A stretch of 34,768 nucleotides of DNA, taken from a virus. Lineage: Duplodnaviria; Heunggongvirae; Uroviricota; Caudoviricetes. Below the pieces are notes generated by a model. It had not been told where the DNA came from. It was given only the letters and a program-made list of their open reading frames with translations, and made no database searches. The position numbers were made by a program, and so were the translations under genes. This document shows positions 26,751 through 33,330 of the stretch, piece after piece. How positions within the stretch are numbered: the stretch's first letter is position 1; each line of letters begins with the position of its first letter. Where the stretch lies: the IMG/VR virus record IMGVR_UViG_3300029258_003331; one strand, written 5' to 3'.

Positions 26751-27296
26751 GTGAAGAATTCGCTATTGCTTGGTCGCGGTGGGCGCGTCTTGAATGTGAT
26801 TTCCTGGGAGAAGGCTGTTCTCCTGATGTATTTTCGGGACGATGGTAACGCGGTGTTCCCGCTGGAGTTACATGATGCCTATGTGCGCTCGAAGGATCGT
26901 GTTTTCCAGTTGCCGTCAGTCTTACTCTTGACGGGAAAACGAGACAAGCATGGAAACTTCGACAGGCTGCCACTAACTAGGCACAACGTGTTTCTGAGGG
27001 ACAATTTTACCTGTCAGTGGTGCGGAAAGCGCCTGTCGAACACCAGCGGCACTATTGATCATGTGCATCCGGTTGCGAGAGGTGGAACAAACGCCTGGAG
27101 GAATGTGGTGGCGGCTTGTGAATCCTGCAACAATGAAAAGGGTGACATGCTGCCAGAGCATTACACGAAGCGAACTGGAAAGAAGTTGGCGCAGAAGCCA
27201 ATAACGCCGAATCGTGGACTTCTGTTCAAGCAATACCTGAACAATGAAGACTATGCGGCGTGGGAGCCCTATCTTGGAAAGGCGATAGCATCATAG
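26751..27296 (+). CDS. HNH endonuclease (McrA/HNH_5-like)
   Basis: LTRHNVFLRDNFTCQWCG..TIDHVHP..GG...W.NVVAACESCNNEKG. GTG 26751 with GAGGGG upstream. Confidence 0.9.
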   Translation: MKNSLLLGRGGRVLNVISWEKAVLLMYFRDDGNAVFPLELHDAYVRSKDRVFQLPSVLLLTGKRDKHGNFDRLPLTRHNVFLRDNFTCQWCGKRLSNTSGTIDHVHPVARGGTNAWRNVVAACESCNNEKGDMLPEHYTKRTGKKLAQKPITPNRGLLFKQYLNNEDYAAWEPYLGKAIAS

Positions 27297-27371
27297 AGCC
27301 GTAGCTCAATTGGCGAGAGCACCGGATTGTCGATCCGAAGGTTGCGGGTTCAAGTCCCGTCGGTTCTGCCA
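27295..27371 (+). tRNA. tRNA-Asp (GTC)
   Basis: Full cloverleaf, loop TTGTCGA, G73, CCA. Confidence 0.92.
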
Positions 27372-27437
27372 AAAGCAAAGGGTGAAGCCTTCGGCCAAAG
27401 AAATCCCCTCTCTTTGGTGCGAAGGCGGAGCCCAAGT

Positions 27438-27446
27438 TGGTATAAT
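27438..27446 (+). promoter_or_regulatory. Extended -10 promoter
   Basis: TG-G-TATAAT 9 nt before tRNA-Leu, preceded by a long hairpin (about 27387-27427). Confidence 0.55.
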
Positions 27447-27455
27447 GAAGGAGCC

Positions 27456-27543
27456 GCGAGCGTGGCGCAACGGCAGACGCGGCAGTTTGAGGGACTGTTT
27501 GGGCTTGTCCCTACTGGGAGTTCGAATCTCCCCGCTCGCACCA
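27456..27543 (+). tRNA. tRNA-Leu (GAG)
   Basis: Type II cloverleaf, loop TTGAGGG, CCA. Confidence 0.93.
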
Positions 27544-27559
27544 AAATGAAAGGATTTTT

Positions 27560-27636
27560 GCCCCCGTCGTCTAATGGTTTAGGACGCCAGTTTTTCATGC
27601 TGGATATTGCAGGTTCGAATCCTGTCGGGGGTGCCA
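27560..27636 (+). tRNA. tRNA-Glu (TTC)
   Basis: Loop TTTTCAT, CCA. Confidence 0.9.
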
Positions 27637-27654
27637 AAAAAGAGAAGGCGACCA

Positions 27655-27831
27655 ATGCTCCACGTTGAAACCTGTAGGACGTGCGATAAATGGTGTGATT
27701 CCTATAAGGACATTGGAGAAATTGGAGCGCTGTGGGGAGTAGAGGTTTTCTTGGAGGAAATGGCCCGGGCAGAACCACCTCGGACCTGTCACCAAAAGGA
27801 GAAACATCAAGAAGGACGCGCTTCAGCATAG
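27655..27831 (+). CDS. Small Cys-containing hypothetical protein
   Basis: 58 aa, CxxC. The 3' end overlaps the permuted RNA. Confidence 0.35.
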   Translation: MLHVETCRTCDKWCDSYKDIGEIGALWGVEVFLEEMARAEPPRTCHQKEKHQEGRASA

Positions 27832-27948
27832 GACTACTTCTTTCAATCTGCAGACGGGGGTTCGATTCCCTCTGGGGCTACATCAGACGGCCCCATAGTG
27901 CAGTGGCAGCACGGCAGCACAAGCAGCCTACGCGGTTTTTGGCGTCCT
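27813..27948 (+). ncRNA. Circularly permuted tRNA-Glu-like RNA (YrlA/Y-RNA-like topology)
   Basis: Order is T arm (27856-27872), acceptor 3' strand TGGGGCT, 9-nt linker, acceptor 5' strand GGCCCCA, D arm. Enclosed by CTGC/GCAG, TAGG/CCTA and AGGACGC/GCGTCCT stems. Confidence 0.8.
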
Positions 27949-28016
27949 ATTTGGAGGAGAGGCAATGACTAGCGCGGGGGGAAATCCATTGTAGTGCTCT
28001 TGAAAGGAGAACTGCA

Positions 28017-28355
28017 ATGGGAAAGAGTTGGAAGAGATATCCATGGACGTATTTTCGTTGCCCGCGTGGAGGGAAAAGCGCAAAAATCAACGGCGTAAGA
28101 TCTGGCTCAACTCCCCCGAACGAATGGGACGATGTTGACTACGACAGAGCGTGCTGGATTGCCGGCAAGGTGGCTTTAGCGCTGCACAAAAAGAGACGCG
28201 GAGACGATGAAATTGTCCGCCATTTGCGCAAGAAATTTGGATATGGACGTAAAATGGCTGTAAACGTCATAAGGTGGGCCAAGTCGTATAATGGGACTTG
28301 GAGACGCTGTGATTGTGAGTGCTGCAAAGAAAGCAGAAATGCCCCCATCGTCTAG
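28017..28355 (+). CDS. Basic hypothetical protein
   Basis: AAAGGAG RBS, 112 aa, C-terminal CxCxCC. Confidence 0.6.
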   Translation: MGKSWKRYPWTYFRCPRGGKSAKINGVRSGSTPPNEWDDVDYDRACWIAGKVALALHKKRRGDDEIVRHLRKKFGYGRKMAVNVIRWAKSYNGTWRRCDCECCKESRNAPIV

Positions 28356-28413
28356 TGGCCCAGGATGGCAGATTCTCAGTCTGCAGACACCGGTTCGAGT
28401 CCGGTTGGGGGTA
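28341..28413 (+). tRNA. tRNA-Glu (CTC), CCA not encoded
   Basis: GCAGA-TTCTCAG-TCTGC anticodon arm, full cloverleaf. Confidence 0.9.
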
Positions 28414-28423
28414 ATAAACAAAG

Positions 28424-28577
28424 AAAAGGCACGCTTCAGCGAGGAGATACTTCAGAGAAACCGGTGTCCTTCGGGACTTGTGGGTTCGAGCCCCACCGGG
28501 TCGTCCTCGGATGGCTTGTGGCGAAATTGGCAAACGCGCCGGTAAAAAGACACTCCTTGTATTTTTTGGTGCCTTTT
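28424..28577 (+). ncRNA. Circularly permuted type II (Leu-like) tRNA-like RNA
   Basis: ACCGG, variable arm GTCC-TTCG-GGAC, T arm, closed acceptor hairpin, D arm GCG-AAATTGGCAAA-CGC, CCGGT. Outer stems GAGGAG/CTCCTT and AAAAGGCAC/GTGCCTTTT. Confidence 0.8.
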
Positions 28578-28583
28578 GTTTTT

Positions 28584-28696
28584 AGGAAGCTGGAGGTTCA
28601 ATTCCTTCGTGTGGTCGTCCAAGAGCGCTCTTGGGGCTACTCCGCAGGTTGGCAAGCGCTTGCTGGCTAGCGGAAAGACGTGGTTGCCGGCTTCCT
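28584..28696 (+). ncRNA. Third, more divergent T-arm-first tRNA-like RNA
   Basis: GGAGG-TTCAATT-CCTTC T arm, long hairpin CCAAGA/TCTTGG, D-like CGC-AGGTTGGCAA-GCG, enclosing AGGAAGCT/GGCTTCCT. Confidence 0.5.
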
Positions 28697-28708
28697 CTTT
28701 ATAAGAAT

Positions 28709-28796
28709 GCGAGCGTGGCGCAATGGCAGACGCGGCAGACTCAGGCTCTGTTTGGGCTTGTCCCTACTGGAGGTTCGAATCCTCTCGCTCGCACCA
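28709..28796 (+). tRNA. tRNA-Leu (CAG)
   Basis: Loop CTCAGGC. Near-duplicate of tRNA-Leu(GAG) at 27456. Confidence 0.93.
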
Positions 28797-28816
28797 GGTT
28801 TTCTAGGGGAACCGTG

Positions 28817-29020
28817 ATGCAGTGGTTTATAGTGTACGACTACGATTATGACTTTCATGGCGTCCGAGCATGTGATAGCGAGCAAGAGGCGCTGGAATTT
28901 ATCGAAGAGCGAATGAGGCGGAACGAGAACGCTACCCTAGAGGACTTTCAGGTTATCAAGGGCGAAAAGAGGGCTTTGATGACCGAGGAAGGCAACAGGC
29001 TTATGGTTGGAGGACCATGA
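28817..29020 (+). CDS. Hypothetical protein
   Basis: AGGGG upstream, 67 aa. Confidence 0.55.
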   Translation: MQWFIVYDYDYDFHGVRACDSEQEALEFIEERMRRNENATLEDFQVIKGEKRALMTEEGNRLMVGGP

Positions 29021-29051
29021 CGAGGTGCGGCGTCAGGTATAGTGGTTACGG

Positions 29052-29138
29052 GGCTCTGTGGCGGAATAGGCATACGCGCCAGACTTAGGATCTGGTGGCT
29101 GCAAAGCCATGGAGGTTCGAATCCTCTCAGAGCCACCA
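29052..29138 (+). tRNA. tRNA-Leu (TAG)
   Basis: Loop CTTAGGA, variable arm, CCA. Confidence 0.93.
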
Positions 29139-29236
29139 AACCGAGTCCGAATCTTAGTTTTGCTGCCAGGAGCCACGTAGTGATGCCCTGGTTGAAACAG
29201 CCCTCCCAGTAGCGGCTTATGAAGGGGAAACAGAGC

Positions 29237-29470
29237 ATGAGGGAAACGTTGGCAAGGTATGCGCATGATGCCTGGAGCGGCTGGATGAAGTACATGTTCA
29301 GTAAGTCCAAAAAGAACGAAGACGGCACAGTGACGATTCCCAGGAGCCTTGTCGAGAGGTGGGAGCGTCAGATGAATACGGAATATGGGAGTTTGCCGGA
29401 GGAGGAAAAAGAAAGCGACCGTGACGAGGCTGACAAGATAATGGGCATTCTCCTCGCGCGAGGCTCGTGA
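29237..29470 (+). CDS. Hypothetical protein
   Basis: AAGGGG RBS. AHDAWSGWM...Y..LPEEEKESDR. Confidence 0.6.
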   Translation: MRETLARYAHDAWSGWMKYMFSKSKKNEDGTVTIPRSLVERWERQMNTEYGSLPEEEKESDRDEADKIMGILLARGS

Positions 29471-29491
29471 CAGGCTGAAGCAGGAACTCAT

Positions 29492-29567
29492 AGGTGTGTA
29501 GCTCAGAGGCTAGAGCGTCTGACTTACATTCAGAGGGTCGGGGGTTCGAATCCCTCCACGCCTACCA
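29492..29567 (+). tRNA. tRNA-Val (TAC)
   Basis: Loop CTTACAT, CCA. Confidence 0.93.
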
Positions 29568-29586
29568 AAATACGCTTAGGAGACAG

Positions 29587-29665
29587 AGGGCGGAAAGTCT
29601 GGTTGATTCGACGGGTCTTATAAACTCGTGTCCGCAGCAGGGTTCGATTCCCTCTCGCCCTACCA
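29587..29665 (+). ncRNA. Atypical tRNA-like RNA with UAU loop and tmRNA-like 5' motif
   Basis: 7-bp acceptor AGGGCGG/TCGCCCT plus ACCA, T arm, hairpin CGGGT-CTTATAA-ACTCG. No U8, weak D stem, contains GATTCGACGGG. Confidence 0.65.
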
Positions 29666-29712
29666 AACTGACAAACTCACGATTCGGTTGTGACCGCGAC
29701 GAAGGGAAAACG

Positions 29713-30228
29713 ATGCTTAACATGCGCGCAATGGATCATATCGAGCGTACACGAAGTTATTTGGACTACATTGAAAATCACTTGCGCAACATCGAGAAGG
29801 CATGGGGCGTACTCCAAGAAAAGTGCAAGGACATGCGTTTTATCTATGATGACTACGTTTTTCACGAAATCAGAGGACACCTGGAACAGCATGATGTTTC
29901 GAAACTATCGCCAGAGGAATTTGTCCAGTATCGCGTAAAATTCTATCCTACTGAGCATGAGGATGCCAACTCAGCCGATTTTGCGGCGGCATGGGAACAT
30001 CACAAGGGAGAGAATCCACATCATTGGGAAAACTGGGCTGCGACGGAGTTCTTCAATCCATACGCCGGCGAGGTACACTGCGTTTGCATGGTTGCGGATT
30101 GGATGGCAATGGGTTACCAGTTTGGGGATACGGCTCGGGAGTACTACGAAAAAAACAAGGATAGGATTGAACTGCCAGAGTGGGCAGTCAGGTTCATTCA
30201 CGAGATATTCGAGCGTGTGTATTCGTAA
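29713..30228 (+). CDS. HD-like metal-binding protein (DUF5662-like)
   Basis: HLRNI..HDVSKL..EEF..AWEHH...NPHHWE..MVADW. Confidence 0.6.
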   Translation: MLNMRAMDHIERTRSYLDYIENHLRNIEKAWGVLQEKCKDMRFIYDDYVFHEIRGHLEQHDVSKLSPEEFVQYRVKFYPTEHEDANSADFAAAWEHHKGENPHHWENWAATEFFNPYAGEVHCVCMVADWMAMGYQFGDTAREYYEKNKDRIELPEWAVRFIHEIFERVYS

Positions 30229-30242
30229 GTGGAAGGGACCAG

Positions 30243-30437
30243 ATGGACAGGAAGTACGCGCTGACGGTGGTAATTCCTATCGACGACGCTGTTGACGACA
30301 TTGACGCTCGGCAGTCAGGGAAAGTCATGCTGTGCAAGGTTAGTTGGAAGGACATCCCAGGGGCGAAGGTGAAACTACAAGAAATCTTTGATGACAAGCC
30401 GCCTCGGAAGGTCGAGTGGAGAGATGAGGTTGAGTGA
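30243..30437 (+). CDS. Hypothetical protein
   Basis: GAAGGG RBS, 64 aa. Confidence 0.5.
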   Translation: MDRKYALTVVIPIDDAVDDIDARQSGKVMLCKVSWKDIPGAKVKLQEIFDDKPPRKVEWRDEVE

Positions 30438-30457
30438 CCAAGTCCGAAATCCTGTCC

Positions 30458-30531
30458 GGGCGTGTTGCATAACGGCAATGCACTGGCTTGACGTGCCAGA
30501 GACGGAAGTTCGACTCTTCTCACGCCCACCA
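30458..30531 (+). tRNA. tRNA-Val (GAC)
   Basis: Loop TTGACGT, CCA. Confidence 0.9.
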
Positions 30532-30554
30532 AACTGAGATGCGTCGATACATGA

Positions 30555-30631
30555 GGGCGATTAGCTCAGTTGGCTAGAGCGCTTCTCTCACGCAGAAGAG
30601 GTCACAGGTTCGAATCCTGTATCGCCCACCA
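30555..30631 (+). tRNA. tRNA-Val (CAC)
   Basis: Loop CTCACGC, CCA. Confidence 0.92.
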
Positions 30632-30642
30632 AGAAGGGAAAA

Positions 30643-31083
30643 ATAGTCATAGAGACGGTCACCTGCAACGGCTGCTTTGATGGCATTCACCCAGGACATC
30701 TGTTTTATCTGGGTTTTTGCCGTGGTCAGGGAGACCGACTTGTGGTCGGTATCAACGCTGACGACTACATACGACGGAGAAAGCGTCCTGAGCCATTTTT
30801 CGACCAAGAGACGCGGCGCAAAGCGTTGATGAGTCTAGGATTTGTTGATAAAGTGGTTATATTTGAGGAAGATACGCCGGATGCCTTCATTCGGAGTATC
30901 AAGCCCCACGTACATTGCACAGGAGAGGAATACGGTCGAGAATGCCCGGAATCTTCAACTTGCAAAGAAATAGGGGCGCGGCTCGTCTTGGTGCCCAGGA
31001 CGGCTTTTTGGGCGACAAGCAGCATGAGTGAGCCGGCTATCCGAGGAGTGCAGGGTTTCATGAGGAATTGTGTTGCTGAATGA
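30643..31083 (+). CDS. Cytidylyltransferase-family nucleotidyltransferase (RfaE/HldE-II-like)
   Basis: NGCFDGIHPGH (HxGH), LVVGINAD, VDKVVIFEEDTP. The frame is open upstream of the listed GTG 30742; the best start is ATA 30643 after AAGGG. Confidence 0.8.
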   Translation: MVIETVTCNGCFDGIHPGHLFYLGFCRGQGDRLVVGINADDYIRRRKRPEPFFDQETRRKALMSLGFVDKVVIFEEDTPDAFIRSIKPHVHCTGEEYGRECPESSTCKEIGARLVLVPRTAFWATSSMSEPAIRGVQGFMRNCVAE

Positions 31084-31148
31084 GTGGTGTGGGATTTCGT
31101 TTGTCTCGAAAAACAGGAAAGGAACTCAGGCGACTTTTGTCTGGCAAC

Positions 31149-31234
31149 GGAAGGGTATCATAACTGGTAATGAACCACTTTGCTAAAGTGGCGACCTCAC
31201 GGTCTTGCAGGTTCGAGTCCTGTCCCTTCCGCCA
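31149..31234 (+). tRNA. tRNA-Ser (GCT)
   Basis: Loop TTGCTAA, variable arm, G73, CCA. Confidence 0.93.
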
Positions 31235-31250
31235 TAATGAGGGGTGCTTC

Positions 31251-31505
31251 ATGATTTTCACAATAGGCAAGAAGGAAATATATGAGAAATACATAGATGA
31301 GGATGAAAACGCAGCAAAAGCCGCCGGTGGCTCTGTGTGGCGGTTTTGGAAGGATGCTCTCGCTTATCTGGAGAGGACAAAACAGGAGGGAGAGTTTGAA
31401 GTTTACGCAGTAGATGCAGATTGGCGAGACGACACGATTGACACAGGTAAGGAGTGGAATAGTTTGACCAGGGATGCCAAATTGCTGAGAGTGCGCAGAA
31501 GCTAA
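31251..31505 (+). CDS. Hypothetical protein
   Basis: GAGGGG RBS, 84 aa. Confidence 0.6.
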   Translation: MIFTIGKKEIYEKYIDEDENAAKAAGGSVWRFWKDALAYLERTKQEGEFEVYAVDADWRDDTIDTGKEWNSLTRDAKLLRVRRS

Positions 31506-31506
31506 C

Positions 31507-31594
31507 GGAAGGGTGCCCCGAACGGTAAGGGTCCTGCCTGGAAAGCAGGTGTGGCGCGAGTCACATGCAGGTTCGAGTCCTGTCCCTTCCGCCA
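31507..31594 (+). tRNA. tRNA-Ser (GGA)
   Basis: Loop CTGGAAA, variable arm, CCA. Confidence 0.93.
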
Positions 31595-31604
31595 ATTCAC
31601 GTAA

Positions 31605-31694
31605 GGATGGGTCGCATAGTGGTCTAGTGCTCTGGTCTTGAAAATCAGTGGCGGTGCAAGCCGTCCGTGGGTTCGAATCCCACCCCATCCGCCA
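31605..31694 (+). tRNA. tRNA-Ser (TGA)
   Basis: Loop CTTGAAA, variable arm, CCA. Confidence 0.93.
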
Positions 31695-31709
31695 AATTGA
31701 AGGTGACAA

Positions 31710-32012
31710 ATGAGGATCACCATAGGGAACAAGAAGGCAGGGGACAAGGGAGAGTATGTCGGTAGAGGTTCGCCGCTCGGTAATCCTTTTCCATTGCCAT
31801 CGGAGTCGAAGCGTGACGAGTGCATCGAGCGTTACAAGGAATGGCTGGAGGGGAGAATTGAAGAGGAGGACCAAGAGGTTGTATGCGAACTTTGGCGTTT
31901 GGCTGACATTTTACGCTTGAACGGAGAGGTAACACTGCTTTGCTGGTGTGCTCCGAAGAGATGCCATGCCGAGGTTATTGCTGCCCTGCTTGAGGAGATG
32001 ACGCGTGAGTAG
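31710..32012 (+). CDS. DUF4326-like protein
   Basis: YVGRGSPLGNPF..Y.EWL..LLCWCAPKRCHAEV. Confidence 0.75.
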   Translation: MRITIGNKKAGDKGEYVGRGSPLGNPFPLPSESKRDECIERYKEWLEGRIEEEDQEVVCELWRLADILRLNGEVTLLCWCAPKRCHAEVIAALLEEMTRE

Positions 32013-32235
32013 CCAAAGAGAGCCGTCGTCGTTCAGGTGGTTGGTGAGCAAGTTGGCGAGCGAGTTTGGCAACCAGAAACACTTTGCGAATGTTATCGCG
32101 TTGCTTGTAGTGGGCGCGACAATATACATGCAGATTGTACAGATGCAGGTAGATAGATCTTGGTGGGTCCTGGCAACCGCTGTAATAACCCACTATTTCG
32201 CGGCAAGAAAGAATGGAGGCGCGTCTGAGAGATGA
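32005..32235 (+). CDS. Small two-TM membrane protein
   Basis: Two hydrophobic segments and a basic tail. GTG start overlapping the previous gene. Confidence 0.5.
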   Translation: MSSQREPSSFRWLVSKLASEFGNQKHFANVIALLVVGATIYMQIVQMQVDRSWWVLATAVITHYFAARKNGGASER

Positions 32236-32240
32236 CAAAT

Positions 32241-32331
32241 GGCAGGGTGCGATAACTGGTAGTCGGCCTGTCTCGAAAACAGGTGGGGGCTTTGATGCCC
32301 CTTCAGGGTTCGAGTCCCTGTCCTGCCGCCA
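32241..32331 (+). tRNA. tRNA-Ser (CGA)
   Basis: Loop CTCGAAA, variable arm, CCA. Confidence 0.92.
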
Positions 32332-32349
32332 AACATAAGAGGGGAAACA

Positions 32350-32739
32350 ATGAGAGCGTTGATTGTGGATGACTCGTCCACCATCCGGCGCATTCAGATA
32401 CGGCTACTGACGAGCATGGGTTTTGAGGAGTTTGTGGAAGCGCGCGATGGCAAAGAAGCGCTTTTCGAGATGGAGCGCGGAAGGTTCGACCTCGTTACTC
32501 TGGACCTCAATATGCCGCGAATGGGCGGCTTGGAGTTCCTGAGCGAGATAAGAAAGACAGACCGGGAAACGCCAATCGTCGTAGCCACTTCTGATGCGGA
32601 TAGAATGACAGTTATCATGGCAGCAAAGAAGGGCGCAAACCAGTATATCATCAAACCGTTTACGCCTGACGTTTTTCGCGCCAAAATACAAAGGATTCTA
32701 CCAAAGGAAGGCAGCGATGAACAATCCGGAAAACGGTAG
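32350..32739 (+). CDS. Stand-alone CheY-like response regulator
   Basis: LIVDDS, LDLNMP (phospho-acceptor Asp), VATS, YIIKPF: all conserved receiver residues. Confidence 0.9.
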   Translation: MRALIVDDSSTIRRIQIRLLTSMGFEEFVEARDGKEALFEMERGRFDLVTLDLNMPRMGGLEFLSEIRKTDRETPIVVATSDADRMTVIMAAKKGANQYIIKPFTPDVFRAKIQRILPKEGSDEQSGKR

Positions 32740-33151
32740 GGGTAGGAGGAATCGGATTGGAGAGGTATTTCGGTGTCAGAAGTGTAGTCACACTGACAAT
32801 GCAGACGTAAATGCTGCCCGAAATATCTTGGACCGATTACTTACAGGACCCTACGGTGCCTGTTGCAAATCTGAAAATGTGGCTTAAAGGATATTTGTCT
32901 ACGTTTTCAGAAACGGTAAGGTAGACGCGGTACAGTACGAATACGCAGGGGAAATCGCCCGGCTGAATGCAGAACTCATTCGTGAACGTGAAAAACCGAC
33001 CTCGCTGTCGCCGGCGATTGATGTGAGGAAGTTGCGAGAAAAACACCAGGAGAGCCTGCTGGAGCGCGTAGAAGAGGGCACAGAGGATAGAAGACAACAG
33101 AGGGAACAGTTGAAATTGCAGATTGTCCCGGTTCGAATTCTGAAAAAATAA
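32717..33151 (+). pseudogene. Small helical-protein gene interrupted by a tnpB remnant
   Basis: Removing 32737-32916 joins MNNPENG to KVDAVQYEYAGE..., giving an 84-aa ORF with an AAGGAAGG RBS. Confidence 0.6.
32737..32916 (+). mobile_element. tnpB 3' remnant with IS607-like right end (omega/reRNA region)
   Basis: Encodes ENRIGEVFRCQKCSHTDNADVNAARNIL (Zn finger and RuvC-III) then ends ...GTCTACGTTTTCAGAAACGG. Confidence 0.8.
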
Positions 33152-33200
33152 GCAAAAAGGAACAGAAAACAGACCGCGAGCCCGGTTACAAAGAAAGAGA

Positions 33201-33274
33201 TACCCCATAGCTCAACGGAAGGGCACCAGATTTTGGCTCTGGGGGTCCTGGTTCGAATCCAGGTGGGGTAACCA
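33201..33274 (+). tRNA. tRNA-Gln (TTG)
   Basis: U1-A72 pair, loop TTTTGGC, CCA. Confidence 0.9.
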
Positions 33275-33295
33275 GCAGAATTTGAAAATATGTTC

Positions 33296-33324
33296 TTGAC
33301 AAGACAAGTATAGTCAGATATACT
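33296..33324 (+). promoter_or_regulatory. Sigma70 promoter of IS607 tnpA (probably leaderless transcript)
   Basis: TTGACA, 17 nt, TATACT, ending 6 nt before ATG 33331. No RBS. Confidence 0.8.
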
Positions 33325-33330
33325 ACGAGT

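Noticed and set aside
31098-31116. TGTCTCGAAAAACAGG resembling the tRNA-Ser(CGA) anticodon arm
   Set aside because: No acceptor, D or T arm nearby; too short to call.
29052-31694. Suppressor or selenocysteine tRNAs and stop-codon recoding
   Set aside because: TAG and TGA here are anticodons (Leu and Ser). No CTA, TTA or TCA anticodon in a normal tRNA, and genes read through cleanly in the standard code.
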